From: the human T2T-CHM13v2.0 reference genome, Homo sapiens
Length of the DNA stretch: 64,000 nt
Strand: one strand, 5' to 3'
NCBI RefSeq assembly: GCF_009914755.1
Contig: NC_060925.1
Of this stretch, positions 1-14,961 are shown one piece after another. A model generated the notes under the pieces. The model did no database searches. It saw only the letters and a list, made by a program, of their open reading frames with translations, and was not told where the DNA came from. The position numbers and the translations under genes were made by a program. Positions within the stretch are counted from its first letter, which is position 1. Each line of letters opens with the position of its first letter.

Positions 1-137
1 AAAGCAGTGAGAGAGGAGAACAAGTCACATCCTTGTGTGGCATTTCAGTGCATTCAGAACCCTCTCATGAATAACTATGGCCATACAGTCCTGGAATAAG
101 ACCAATCCATTTATTTTTTATTCTTGTTGAAGAGGTA

Positions 138-524
138 TATATTAGTCTGTTTTCACACTTGCTATAAAGAACTACCTGAGACTGGGTAATTTATGAGGAA
201 AAGAGGTTTAATTGACTTAACACTTCTTTAGGCTGTACAGTAAACGTGGTTGGGGAGGCCTCGGGAAACTTACAATCGTGGCGAAAGGGTGAAGGGGAAG
301 CAAGCCTCTTATTCACATGGCAGAGCAGGAGAGAAAGAACAAAGGGAGAAGTGCCACACACTTTTAAACCATCAGATCTCAAGAGAACTCACTCATTATC
401 ATAAGAACAGCAAGGGGGAAATCCACCCCATGATCCAATCATCTCCCACCAAATCCCTTCCCCTACATTGGGAACTGCAATTCAAAATGAGATTTGGGCG
501 GGGACACAGAGTCAAACCATATCA
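138..524 (-). mobile_element. MaLR LTR (THE1D/MSTA-type), 3' LTR of a full-length element
   Basis: Runs from TATATTAGTCTGTTTTCACAC to GGGGACACAGAGTCAAACCATATCA, the reverse complement of the THE1/MST LTR; a second copy lies at 2128-2839. Confidence 0.93.
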
Positions 525-2127
525 TTCCACCCCTGGCCACTCCCAAATCTTATTTCCTTCTCACATTTCAAAACACAATTATGCCTTCCCAACAGTCCCC
601 CACAGTCTTATCTCCCAGCATTAACTCAAAAGTCCCAAGTCCAAAGTCTCATCTGAGACAAGACAAGTCCCTTCCACTTATGAGCCTGTAAAATCAAAAA
701 CAATTTAGTTATTTCCAAGATACAATGGGGGTACAGGCATTGGGTAAATGCCCCCATTCCAAAATGGAGAAATTGGCCAATACAAAGGGGTTACAGGCCC
801 CATGCAAGTCTGAAACTCAGCAGGGCGCTCATTAAATTTCAAAGGTTCCAAATATTATCCTTTAACTCCATGTCTCACAACCAGGGCACACTCCAAAGGC
901 CTTGAGCAGCTCCACCCCTGTGGCTCTGAAAGGTACAGTCCCCACTCCAACCCACAGCTGCTTTCATAAGCTAGTGTTTAATGCCTGTGGCTTTTCCAGG
1001 TGCACAGTGCAAGATGTCAGTGGATCTACCATTCTGTGGTCTGGAAGATGATGGCCATCTTCTCACAGCTCCACTAGGCAGTGCCTTAATGGGGACACTG
1101 TGTGGTTGCTCCAACCCCACAATTCCCCTCTGTACTGCCCTAGTGGAGATTCTCCATGAGTGCTTCACCCCTGCAGTAGACTTCTGCCTGGACATCCAGG
1201 CATTTTCATACATCCTCTGAAATCTAGGTAGAGGCTTCCAAGCCTAAACGCTTGCCTTCTGTGCACCCACAGGCCTAACACCACATGGAAGTTGCCAGAG
1301 CTTGGGGCTTACAACCTCTGAAGTAATGGCCTGAGCTATACCTTGCCCCCTTTTAGCCATGCTGGAGCTGGAGCAGCTGTTACGCAGGGCTCCATATCCT
1401 GAGACTACATAGAGCAGCAGGGCCCTGGACCTGGCCCATGAAACAATTTTTTCTTCTTTGGCCTCCTCTGTCATAAAAGGGGTTGCCACACAGGTCTCTG
1501 AAATGCCTTTGAGGCATTTTCCCCATTGTCTTGGATATTATCATTCACCTCCTCTTTACTTATGCAAATGTCTGCAGCTGCTTGAATTTCTGCCCAGAAA
1601 ATGGGTTTTTCTTTTCTACCAAATGGTAAGCCTGCAAATTTTCCAAACTTTTATGTTCTGCTTCCCTTTTAAAGTTCTAGATTCAAGTTATTTCTTTGCT
1701 TATGCAAATGAGAATAGGCTTTTAGAAGCAGCCAGGGCACTTCTTGAATGCTTTGCTGCTTAGAGATTTCTTCCGCCAATACCCTAAATCATCTCTCTGG
1801 AGTTAAAAGTTCCACAGATCTCTAGAGCAGGGGCACAATGCTGCCAGTCTCTTTGCTAAAGCATAGCAAGAGTGGCCTTTACTCTAGTTCTCAGTAAGTT
1901 CCTCATCTCCATCTGAGGCTACTGCAGTGGCGACTTCACTGTCCATACCACTATCAGCATTTTGGTCACAACCACTCAGCAAGTCTCTAGGAAGTTCCAA
2001 ACTTTCCCTCATCTTCCTGTCTTCTTCTGAGTCCTCCAAACTGTTCCAACTCTGCCCATTACCAAAGTTGCTTCCACATTTTCAGGCATCTTTATAACAA
2101 TACCCCACTTCTCTGGTACCAATTTTC
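525..2127 (-). mobile_element. THE1/MST MaLR internal region (non-coding, decayed)
   Basis: About 1.6 kb between two LTRs, with typical THE1-int text (CAAGATACAATGGGGGTACAGGCATTGGGTAAAT; GGTACCAATTT next to the LTR). Confidence 0.92.
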
Positions 2128-2839
<712 letters not shown>

Positions 2840-4218
2840 GTGTAGAGCAGGTGACCACATGGGCCTCCTTCCCATAAGCTTCCATTTAATCCCCCCCCCA
2901 ACTTTTACTGAATTCTGGTCACTGCCTGGACTACAGCTGTCACTTTGAACTTTTGAGGAGGAAAGGGAGGGACATTTTTTTAAAAGCACTCTGCAGTACT
3001 CAAAGCACTTTGGCCATAAAATTATCTCTTTTGTGTTTTACTAGGGTTTTATCTCGTGAGATAGACAAGATAATGCTTATTCTCATCTTAAGAGTTAAGA
3101 AACTCTCGGTCCCAAACTCAGAAAGTTTTGCTACAGCCATTGGAAAAATGCAGTAAAGTTCTGTGTCCTCTTCTTTTTTCCTAATTATACCTCACATACA
3201 GCAAGTAGCTAGGATTGGGCTCTGTATAAGTAAGGGTATTATATTTGATGTATCCATTTCTATGGTTGATTTTAGTAATTACTTAGGGTTTAGTTATTTT
3301 GACTGTCAACAGACAGTTCTAAAAAGCCCAAAGGCATATTTGGTATCATTTCTATCACCTTTCTGCTTTATCACGGATGAGAGTTAACTTAGAAGTTTCA
3401 GAAAAAAAAACTAAAAATAAAATTATACTTTTCAGCTGGATAATAGAGGAGAATGTGTAGGAGTTTACAATCTATGTATGCATGGTTGACAATTTTAGAC
3501 TTTCCATTTTCCTATATTCATGAAGAAAAGATGAAAGGTCATTCAGAAATCTAGTCTACAATTTGCTCAGAAAAAACGCAACTTCTTTAAAGTAACGAAA
3601 GCAACTCTCAATCTTCTAAGAGAAGGAATTTGGTGCTCACAATTCTGCAGATGGAGGTCCTTAAAACAAAAAAATTTTTGTCTCCTTAGCATGTATCCTA
3701 AATAGCTTTTACTGAGATATGCATTAAGTTGCTCACTTTTAATTGTAGTTTGCATTTATACTGGTCTATGCCACATTTCTTGGCTCAAGCTGAAGCTAAG
3801 GCAATAGGGAATGTGTTTTATCCCTGAAGGATATTACTGTGTGAGACACCCTATAAAAGTTGAATTTATTTAATACTTGCAGCAAGTCAACACTTTAATG
3901 ATTAATATGGCTATGGACCACAGCCTTTTTATATACTATTTCTAGTCAGTGTTTGAAGATCTCAATAAATCATCTGGTTTCAGTGAATTTGGGGCTCTGC
4001 CTAAGAAATTTTGATCCAGTTTATTGGGCCACACACAACAGATTTGCCATAAATAGTAATGTTTTATTCATGGCTTTCCCCACTCAACTTAATAAAACAC
4101 AAAAACAAATGATGGAATAAACATGGAAGAATAATAGTAAAAACTGAGTAAATTCTTACTATCCCAGCTAAAATAGTAATACAGAGTTACTATATTTCAA
4201 ATTGGCTTATTGGTGTGA

Positions 4219-4244
4219 ATGTGTGTGTGTGCATGTGTGTGTGT
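4219..4244. repeat. (TG)n microsatellite, imperfect
   Basis: Direct reading. Confidence 0.85.
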
Positions 4245-5309
4245 GGTGTATGGTATTTGTTTTCTCTGACACTCAACAGTTCAATCTTATTACATACAAA
4301 TAGATCTCATGTATTGCTGTTTATCTTTTAAGTCTTCTCTTATTGATCAATCTGCTTAATTTGTGATTTTGTTGAAAGCAGTTAGCAAGTAAATATTTGA
4401 TGGGGGCACTCACTTAATGGTTCTATAACTTTATAAACTACAGTCACTGGTCTACCTTCAACCAAGGATGCTTCTTGTTGTATAGTTAGCATCCTTTTGG
4501 CTATACATAAAAATTAGAGAAAGACACAAATAAAATAGTTCATGGAGAGGAGAAGCAGATGCATGAAATCAACCTTATTTCCACTGTTCTATTTACTATT
4601 ACAGTGTGAGAAAACTGCATATCAGAAAGAAGTGTCCAGGAAATAAAATCAGATATGATGTCTCTATTCTAAAGAAAGGGTGTGAAAGTTCTTTTCACCT
4701 GATTATTTGCATTGGTGCAAAAGATAAGCACTGTAGACTAACTGAGAAGGGAAACTCAATGTCTAATAGTTTTTTTTTCTTAATTTTGATCTGTAGTTCA
4801 TAAAATAAGTGAATATCATATTTTATGGTGCCTAGCAGAAGCTAATATATGGAAAGATTCCACAATTTTTACTAAGTGTGGATGTGTGGCTTTATTATTA
4901 TTTATTATCAACTTGTGACTATCAGATCTCTTAGCAGTTTATCACCCATACTGTTTACCTGAAAAAGTGTGATTGATCTTTGGTATTAGTTACAAAAGGA
5001 AGGGTCGTAGGGTTTTTCAAATCACTATTACTCAGTGAGAGGTCTCCAGTCTGGTTGGGCGTCTCTTCCATGTAGACCTCCCTTCCCTCTGCAAGTTCTC
5101 TGTACATGCACACAGTGGGCACACAGTATACAATGCGTACTGCTCTAAGAGTTTTACTTGGCTTTTGGCCACCATAGGACTCAGGGAAACTGATCAACAG
5201 GAGAATATATCTCATCTGAAGCAAGGATAGGACTTACATTTGCACACAACATCTCTTGGTCACCTCCCACAAGTGAAAATATTTGGGAAGGAAAATAAAA
5301 ACCAACATC

Positions 5310-5430
5310 AACTCATTAAATCCTCCCACAGGTCTATGAGGTAGAAAGGATAGATTGCTATTACATTTCGCAGGTAAAAAAACTGAGGTTAAAAGAAATT
5401 AAGTAATTATTCAAAGTCACCATATAGTCA
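5310..5430 (-). mobile_element. MIR fragment
   Basis: CAGGTAAAAAAACTGAGGTTAAAAGAAATTAAGTAATTATTCAAAGTCACA resembles the MIR core; it may resume near 5853. Confidence 0.7.
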
Positions 5431-5432
5431 AT

Positions 5433-5850
5433 TTATTAGTTAGGCTTCCTGCAAGATAGGGGTCGCACGCACACAAACTGGGTGATTGGGGAGAGTTTGA
5501 TAAAGGGGCTATTTACAAGGTTGTGGGAAAGATTTAGGAAAAATAACAAGGAAGTGCACTATATACTGAGGCTCAGAACCATTTCTGTCTCTCAACCTGA
5601 AAGGGTGAGGGGGAGAGAACAGTTCCTAAACCCCATGAGTGGGCCATCTAATAGGCCATGTGGCCTTCAGTAAAAGGCCACAGCTAATTTATAGTGATCT
5701 GAACAGGAAGAAGGTAAAGGAACAAACACCCTGGCCCCACTTTCCTCCTGCTCTTCAATATCTGCTGCCTTCTGTTGGCTAAAGTCAGAGGAAAATAAAC
5801 GAGTCTAAAGATGCAGCCCATCTAAATCAGCTTCCTGAGACACAGAGCAC
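5433..5850 (-). mobile_element. Old MaLR (MLT1-family) solo LTR
   Basis: CAAACTGGGTGATTGGGGAGAGTTTGATAAAGGGGCTATTTACAAGG resembles old MLT1 LTRs; subfamily and strand uncertain. Confidence 0.55.
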
Positions 5851-7904
5851 CTATTAGGGAGCAGAGCTGGAATTCAGCTCTTTCCATTATATGTTACTGT
5901 CTCAACACAAGTTCTAGTCTCTGTGGACCAGTTACAATTTTATATTTCCCTTAAGGCAAGTAGACGGATCTATCACATTTAGTTCCCTCCTTAAACAAAG
6001 GATTATCAGTTGATTTTCAGGCTACAAATGAAAATAGCAATGATCATGATTAATATCTCTGAAGACAATAAAAATAGCTTTGCTTCTAGATGGACAAAAG
6101 TAATTGTTTCTTCTTTCTAACAGGAAGTATATGGCAGAGAGTGATTGGTCAGTGATTTATTTAGAAATTACTTACTAGGCACTTATTTTAGACCCAATGC
6201 TGCATTACATCTTTCAGGGAATGCAATGTAAAAACCCAGCCCTTGAGAAGCTTAAAGTTAAAATCACACATACTATTGTCATGAAAGCTATAAAAGCAAC
6301 TCTGTTTTCTATTTGATTTGTATCTACAATAGTTGTATCAGGGTATGTTAAGTCTTGTGCTAAAAACAATTGTTCTGTGGCCTTGTAAACTTGGGGAAAA
6401 TGGAAATTAAACAGTTTATTTGCCACAGGCCTTTTCAGGGCCTTAATTATGCTAATACGCTTTGCAAATCTTCAAAAGTATGTAGTATTTTAAAAATTTA
6501 TTTCCCAAACACTTTCTCTCCAGATGTGAAGTCCTTGAAGACTAGGTTCTCCCCCTCAAAAAAGTTTTTAATTTCTATGACCTCATGACAACTTATTATT
6601 CTAAATTTTGGGTAGATCTTCTAGTCACAGAAACTTCTGATATTTTAGCTTTAGGTTATGTGTCCTCCAAGTTCTCTATCAGGTCATTTTGAACAAAACA
6701 TAAAAGCTTAAATACAACAGAAGAAGTGTCATTTAAAGCGAGAATTTTAACTTCTAAATGTAGATAATTATCCTTTGACTTATGGCCTATAAACCTAAAT
6801 TTTTATTTCCCAAATTTCTTAAAGTAGAAAACATCTGTATTTAATTTTAAGAGTTCAAGGAATCATGTTACTTTTATTATGTTCAAATTTCTTTATAAAA
6901 ACTAAGTGATTAGTAGTAAATGAGTGCAATCGTTCTATAGTCATAAACATACAACTGCACATACACGAACACACACACACGTAATTTTTAGGATGAAACC
7001 TGTTAATACTTTTCACTAGATTATGGATTTTTTTTTCTTTTCCTCTTTTCTTGACTTTCTTCTGGTTTTGCTCTGCAACTCCCTGAGGCTGATACAGCTC
7101 TAGGCTAAGCAGCCCTGAGCATGGGGCTCTAATAGCACATACATTGCCCCAAAATCACAAAACCACATGGACAGCTTTACTAAAAGTTAATGGAAAGAAG
7201 AGTCAGAATCTGTTACTGTGAAGCCTTAGCCATTCATTAACTGAAAGCAACTTTGTTAAGTTCTTTTTAAAAATCAATGGATGTGAGATGGTCTGAGGTG
7301 CTGAAATAAGACTGGACTTCAGGGTAAGGAGAGAGTGTAGTCTCAAATCTGCCCCAGATTAGTTGCACAGCTTTAGGGAAGTCACTTTACAAGGCTGGGC
7401 AGAGACAAGAGGGCATGCTGGGCAGCCCTTTCAAATCAATCCTCTAGAAATCTCTGTTTCCATTTATTAAGAGGAGCAATTGAGTTCTGTTCATGGGTAA
7501 CTCAAGAAGAGAAGGAGAATCACTGTTGTGACTGCCCAGCTTGCAGATCTGCCAGTGTTCTTTGAAATAAGGAGACTAGTCTCCATAATGGAAAGTTTAG
7601 AGGTCCTGAGTAGTTACTAACACCACTTGGTGGTCTTAATCTTTTCCTTTCCCCACTCCTAAACATTCCAGGCAATTCAGTGTTAAAATATTTTTTTATA
7701 CATCCCTACTACAACCCCAAGAAAAGTTTTCATAGAATTTCTTTCATTTGTTAAGATTTTCAATAATATTTTAGCACCCACATAACTTCTTAGCATCTTT
7801 TATGGATTAATGCTTCCAGATAATTGATTGGTTGGTGAGAATTTACTCAATTTTTCCAATTAAGGCCAATTTTCTTATCTTTCAGATATAACAGTTGGAT
7901 GAGA

Positions 7905-8005
7905 TCAATAGTTACTAAATCTAAAAATCAGAATAATCTAAGGAGACATTTAAAAAATATAGATTCTCTGCTTTCATTCTAGACAAACCAAATCAGAAGA
8001 TTTCA
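7905..8005. mobile_element. MER5-like hAT-Charlie fragment
   Basis: ATCAGAATAATCT...TTAAAAAATATAGATTC...CAAATCAGAA follows the MER5A pattern. Confidence 0.5.
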
Positions 8006-8269
8006 GAAGTATATATATATCCACATATATATACATAAACATATATAAAATTCATCCTTTAAATGCCACTTCTGTTGTGTTTAAGCTTTTATATTTTGTT
8101 CAAAATGACCTGATAGAGAACCTGGAGGACACATAACCAGGTAATTTGTGATGGCTTCTTAGATCTAAAGACTGAGATCCAGAAGTGAATGACTTCGAAT
8201 TGACTAGATACTGAATAAATGCATTATTATGTTGCACAAGGAGATTTTATTCTTCAATAGAAACTTCAT

Positions 8270-8425
8270 TACTGCTTTAAGGAATTCACAGCAGTCATCA
8301 TTACCCTTCTTTTACACAGGAGGACTCAGAAAGCTAGAGAAGGTAAGGAACTTGTGAAAGGTCATTAGCATTGGATGAGGATGCAGAGCTCCTGATTTCT
8401 AGTGCAATGATCTTTAAATTATAAC
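8270..8425 (-). mobile_element. MIR/MIR3 fragment
   Basis: TTTTACACAGGAGGACTCAGAAAGCTAGAGAAGGTAAGGAACTTGTGAAAGGTCA, the core-SINE motif. Confidence 0.6.
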
Positions 8426-9189
8426 AGTTCTTATCAGTGAAACAATACTGAAGAAGGGGGGCTTTAAATGTCAGTATCAACTCATTAATATTTTTCCCTT
8501 CCGTCGATTCTTGGCCAAGAGAAAGAAATGACTTCTTCTGGGTATGCTGTGGTTTTCTTCTTTAAATGAGCCCATTAAAATTGTCCTCTCCTCCATCTGC
8601 CTAACTAGTCTCTCTCTTGGTTCTCAGTTGATGAAATAACATGCACTACTTAAGATTCATATTTCCTTTCTAACTATGACTTGAAGGAGCGGGATTAACT
8701 TTCTCAGCTTCTTCCCCAGCAGTAAACTCTAATTGGCTGACAGCTTGCTCAGACAAACACACAGCCCCTGAGGGCTTTTATGGTAAAAGAAAAGAAAACA
8801 TGGGCACAGATCCACCCTTTCTCAATGCATTTCTCCCACAAACTATAAAAATAGGACTGCCTCAAGAAACTGAAACAAAGATGTTAGCTACTGGCCAATA
8901 AAATTTGAAAATGACCCAATATCATTTCTTTTTCTTGGAATGTTCTTTCTATTGTCCCATATAAGAATATATTTTCAACTTTGTAAATTCCAGTGCATGA
9001 CCATATATATAATGCCCTGATGAATTACCCCAGCCAGAAACCTACAACTATCTCAAAACTGACCTCTCATATCCTGCCTATGGGTTTGCCTTTACCCTGC
9101 CAGTGTCTGTTGGAGACATTGCTAATCCTCTTCTCAACTTCCACTATGTTCCACTTATACCACGTAGCGACAATGGATTTTGACAAGAA

Positions 9190-9590
9190 TTGACCCAATC
9201 CACTAATGCAGTCTCATGTGCATGGATGTTGATTGATTCAGGTAACTCAAGCTTGAGCAACTGTGGCATGACTTTCCCTAGCATACAAGAATAGGATAGA
9301 GTGGTTCAATCAGCCTAAAGTCCAATACTTTGTCCAGGAATTTGGCACTGGGAAATGCTATCTTTCTGGATAATGTGGGTTTCAGAAGCCTAAACTGCTG
9401 TAGCCATTTTACTATCACAAGTAAAGTCATCCTGCAGATGAAGCAAGCAGAATGGAAAGGGCAGAAACAAAAAATTACATGGACATAGTGCCAGAGTTAT
9501 TTCTGACTACAGTTTTTACTGTGATAAAATGTATCAAAAATACCATTCGGATCTGGGATTTGTTATTTCTATTCTCCATTAAGCCAAGTC
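9190..9590 (+). mobile_element. Old MLT1-family LTR relic
   Basis: Degenerate MLT1 motifs (GCTGTAGCCATTTT; GATGAAGCAAGCAGAATGGAAAGGGCAGAAAC; TTAAGCCAAGT near the end). Confidence 0.45.
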
Positions 9591-9609
9591 TCAAAAAGGG
9601 TTTTAAGAT

Positions 9610-10325
9610 TGCTAAGGAGATAGATGAAGAGGATGTCATAGATTTCAGCAAGGCTTTTAGCAAAGTCTCTCATAAAACTTATACATCCTGTGGAAAAAGA
9701 TAGTTTGAGGGAATATCATTGAAATGCTGCGATCTCCAGTCCTGTGTCACAGGGCTCTGGGATATCCAAAATTAGTGTAACTGATTGGAGTCAAGAAAGA
9801 GAAAACATGCTTAGCAAATTTGCAGATTTAGTAGGCTAGATATTATGTTTGGTGATTAAATCATAATTTATAATTATCTCTATAGTCTAGAATGAATAAA
9901 AAAGGTAAATTTGAACACACATATAGTAAAGTTTTGCATTTAATAGTGTTTATAATAAGGATAGATGGGCATAGAAAACAATAATTCAATGAAAAATTCC
10001 TGTGGATTTAGTTGACCACAAACTTCATACGAACCCATAGCGTGACAGAGCTATTGAAAAAGCTAAGACAATTTTAAAGCTGTATTTAACAGTAGTATAA
10101 TGTCTACTCCAAGAAAATAAAGACCAATTGTGCTTTTCTAGGGCTTAGTTAATATTTGGAGTTGCACATTCCATTTTGACATTTTATCAGTTAGGTCACT
10201 TAAGAAATAGTTACACATTAAGAATTGCCAGAATTGTGAAGTGTCACATTAAAACTACCTAAAATAACCGAGACTTTTTAGTCTGGAAAAGTGAAGATTG
10301 ATGGAAGCCAAAACAGCAATCTTCA
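9610..10325 (+). mobile_element. CR1/L3 LINE RT-domain relic
   Basis: Translates to DVIDFSKAFSKVSH (CR1 LDFSKAFDKVSH), followed in order by V(S)QGS, SKFAD, KVLHL, LVDHKL and LFSLEK-like segments. Confidence 0.8.
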
Positions 10326-10660
10326 CACATTTATTCATTAATTCAATAAAAAAATGTATTCAACAGTTTCAAAATGATGAAAAATGTGAGAGGTACTGGA
10401 GACACAAACATGGACAAGAACTGAAGATACAGTTTAGTGAAGGACAAAGACACAAGAATGAGAAATTACAATACAGTAAGATGTCTACACTACTATAAAA
10501 GCATCAGTAATGGAGCCACTAAACTAAGCTTGATAGGGGCATCCGCCCCTAATTTGAGTCTGGAAGAAAGAGTATGAGGTTCCCTAGGCAGAGAGAAAAG
10601 TATTCTAAGAAGATAAATAGCAAGTTTAAGGCCAAGAGATATAAACCCTACATAGCCCTT
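10326..10660 (-). mobile_element. L2 3' fragment
   Basis: CATTTATTCATTAATTCAATAAA...GGTACTGGAGACACAAACATGGACAAGA resembles the reverse L2 3' end. Confidence 0.55.
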
Positions 10661-10849
10661 TATGACCAGACCATTGAGAAAGCTTGAGAGAGGAGGAAGA
10701 GGGAGCTTGAAAGAGAAGTGGAGACCACATTATTTAACTGAGGTAATTTGATTGGGATGGAAAAAATAGATCCGAATCCTAGAGGGATTTATTAGAGAGA
10801 ATAAACGATTAAGAGGAAACAATCCAACTTTGAAAATAAGAAAACTGAA

Positions 10850-11210
10850 GAAGACCTAACTACATTAATAAAAACATCATGATATTTTGGAAAGAATAGC
10901 CACATTAACAGAACAAAAAGAAGTCCCAGAAACATATTCAAGCATATATAAAAATACGGTATATGAAAAAAAGAAAAATTCTAAGTGTGGGGAAAAAACA
11001 GTAATTCAATAAATGAACAAAAGTTTCTGAGATAATTGGTTAAATGTTTGGGAAAAATTAAATTAGGACTCAATGTTACATGTCCAAATAAATTCCAAAT
11101 GATTCAACAATTTGAATATAAAAACACGAAAATCTTAAAATAACTAAAAATATACATAACTACTTCAGAGTAAGAAAGGTTTTTCTGAGCATAAATCCAA
11201 AAGAACAAAA
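10850..11210 (+). mobile_element. Old L1 (L1ME-like) ORF2 3' fragment
   Basis: AGTCCCAGAAACATATTCAAGCATATAT...ATTCAATAAATG...ATAAATTCCAAATG. Confidence 0.65.
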
Positions 11211-11344
11211 AAAGAGAGTGTAAAGGTTTATTTGTATATGTTTGGTTTATTACAAAGAAGGAGAAGGAGAAGTAGAAGAATAAGAGGAAAATAAAAATAA
11301 TCAGTAAGTGATATATGTCCTACTTTCCATGCCACTACGTTCGT

Positions 11345-11700
11345 CTGCACTCAAATCCCTTTTTTCTGCATTTCTTATTTCAGTAAATTGCATCATCATC
11401 CACCTAGTTACTCAAATCAAATCCTTACAAGTCATCCTTGACTCTCCCCTTTTCCATTTTTCCATATACAATCTGTCAACAAATATTGTCCACTTTACCA
11501 ATGAAAATAGATTCCAAGTCCATTTCCATTTCTTCATTGGCCTCCATATCTCTATTTCTTTCCATTTATCTTGCCATCACCCTGATGCAAATGACCATCT
11601 CTCAGATTCCTGTATTGCTTCCTGAATAATTTTCCTGTTATCAATACTTGGTGCTTTAAGATCCATTCTCCAGTAGCAACTAGAGTGGTTAAAATGTTAC
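11345..11700 (+). mobile_element. L2 fragment, continuing at about 12760-13155
   Basis: TCAGTAAATTGCATCATCATCCACCTAGTTACTCAAATCAAA...AGTCATCCTTGACTC matches L2 sense. Confidence 0.75.
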
Positions 11701-11704
11701 AGTC

Positions 11705-12650
<946 letters not shown>

Positions 12651-12759
12651 GGAAACTTCCAAATCTAATCGCCTTCTTTTTGCCAATAGAACCATATTGA
12701 ATTTGAGCTTTCCGACTCTTTAGATATAATCTCCATTCATTCTCCAAGATGCTCACAAA

Positions 12760-13155
12760 ACTTCAAATATATCGCCTTTCTTTTTTTCCCTTATAGCATC
12801 CAAGCCCATTCTCAATCCAGCGCCTTAGAATTGGCTCATTTGCTGTTCTCTACCATGAACCTCTCTTCTACCAGATCTCTATATGGCTTACTCATTCTCA
12901 TGTCACCTTGTCACCAAATGTCACCTTGCACAGGGATGCCATCTCTGACCATTCTATGTAAAATATCACTTGCAGACATTCACCACATGTTTTACTGATT
13001 TATTATGTATATGTAATTTATCACTGTCACTAATAAGTAATTACTCATTTGTGTGTTGTCAGTTTTATTACAATGTTAGATCCATGGAATTAGAAATATT
13101 ATCTTGACCTAAAATAGTGTCCAAGCAACAGTGGCTGTTTAGTAAACATTTGTTG
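12760..13155 (+). mobile_element. L2 3' fragment
   Basis: CAAATGTCACCTT...TCTCTGACCATTCTATGTAAAAT...AGTAAACATTTGTTG. Confidence 0.6.
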
Positions 13156-14594
13156 CTTCAATTGGATTATCCTAGAGCATTCAGACATTTACTTTAGAAC
13201 TCCCATTGTCTTTAATATGTTTGAATACTACCCCCAAATCAAAATTCTCTCCTTTTTGAAAGAACTTTAATGCTAGTAAAGTGGGCTTACATTGCACAAA
13301 GTTATAAAGAAGATGAAAGTTTCTTAGCTTCCCTTACCCCATTCCCTGTAGAGGTGCCTAGGGCATGTAAGTGTGGATAATGGTAGCTATTCATTTTCAG
13401 TTTTTAAATGCTGCACTCTTTACAGTTATTGTGGAAATTAGCTTATATTGATAATGCTCAGTTATGTCAGAGATTATAAAAGTTAGGAAGATGAAGATAA
13501 AATAAGCTTACATTAATCAGAAGTGATTATTCAGAATGAAGTATGTTAGTTCTAAGCCAATAATATAATATTTTGTTATTACATACTGAACATCAATTAT
13601 GTACATGAAGTGTACATAATTGTCTATTTATAAGTCCTGCCTAGGGGTAGTTTAATTCTATGGCCAAGCTGCTAGAGATTCAATTGATGCAGTGCAAATT
13701 AATGGTCAATGCTAATAACACAAAGTTTATGAGATTTAGATCCAAAACAGAGGCTGTTACAAATAACATTTCAATTATTAGTTCTCCTGGTGGTCTTTAA
13801 TAAAAGAGATAAAATAGTTATCATTCTAAAGCCCTGGTTAGGTTCAAATTCTCTTAATTTGCCTATATCAAAGATGTTGCAGAGATTTATAGTGTATTTC
13901 TTTATGTGAATATCTCAGTTATTTCAAATTCTTTTGTGTGCTAATTGATATGTAGGGAAGCAGTTTCAAATAATAAGCCATTCTTCAGATCACCACAGTA
14001 AAATCACAGTTTGGGTTTATTTCTTTCTACTCTGTTCCCAAAGCAACATAGCCACATTGAGATTCTAAAATCTTTACCTTAGAAAACGACACCCAAGCCA
14101 GCAATGGCTAGAAATATAGGGTCAAACTGTTTTTTAGTAAACTCAGAAAAAAAGCCACTCAAAATGTAGAGTCAAGGTGAACTTTGAAAGATTTCATTTA
14201 AATTCCTACAAATACTTAGCAAAGTCTGTATGAGTGAGCAAGGAGACAATAATATATATTCAACTGTGAAAGCTGAGAAAGATGGGAAACTGTGACAGAG
14301 AGAAATGGACTCATTCTGCAATCATCTAAATGTGGCCTTCCTTTCTGGGTGTTTCCATCGCACGATCCCAGACTCTAACCCCATATGTTACTGCAAGCGT
14401 CTTCTACCTTCTCTCTGCTGGTCTTACCTTCCTAAAATCCATTATCCTTCCTTAGGCCAAAATAATCTATTATGTTGAATCATATGAAATTGCCACCTAG
14501 ACACCATCTTCTAAAAAAAACTTGTCTTAAAACCAAGGTTTGACTATCCTGGGCTTCCTTCTGTATTAGCAGTCACCATATCCTATTGGAATGA

Positions 14595-14740
14595 AGTATT
14601 CACATCCCTCTCTCTCTCACCAGACTCAAGTGCAGGAGCTAGCTCAAGGGCAGAAGCTGTCCTATTCACGTAGTATCCTAATGCCTAGCAGAATGCCTGG
14701 CCTATAATGAATACTCAAAAACATCAGTTATGTTGAACTA
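14595..14740 (+). mobile_element. L2 3' end
   Basis: CTCAAGGGCAGAAGCTGTCCTATTCAC...ATGCCTAGCAGAATGCCTGGC. Confidence 0.6.
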
Positions 14741-14961
14741 ATATTGAATAAGTTTTAATTTTTAAAATTTATTATTTTTGTTTTGTTTTTTAAAATTTCC
14801 CAACAATGAGAATAGACATGGAGCTTGGGATTAGAATGCCCTCCAAATTTATTTACATTTCTGTAAGAATGTTTTAAATATGACAGTCTTTTTAGCATAC
14901 AGTGATCTAGTTCTCCAAACTTTATTAAATACGTATATTTTAGTATTATTAAAATACACTG

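Noticed and set aside
246-258. PRDM9 hotspot motif in the THE1-type LTR
   Set aside because: The minus strand reads CCTCCCCAACCAC, which lacks the T at position 7 of CCNCCNTNNCCNC.
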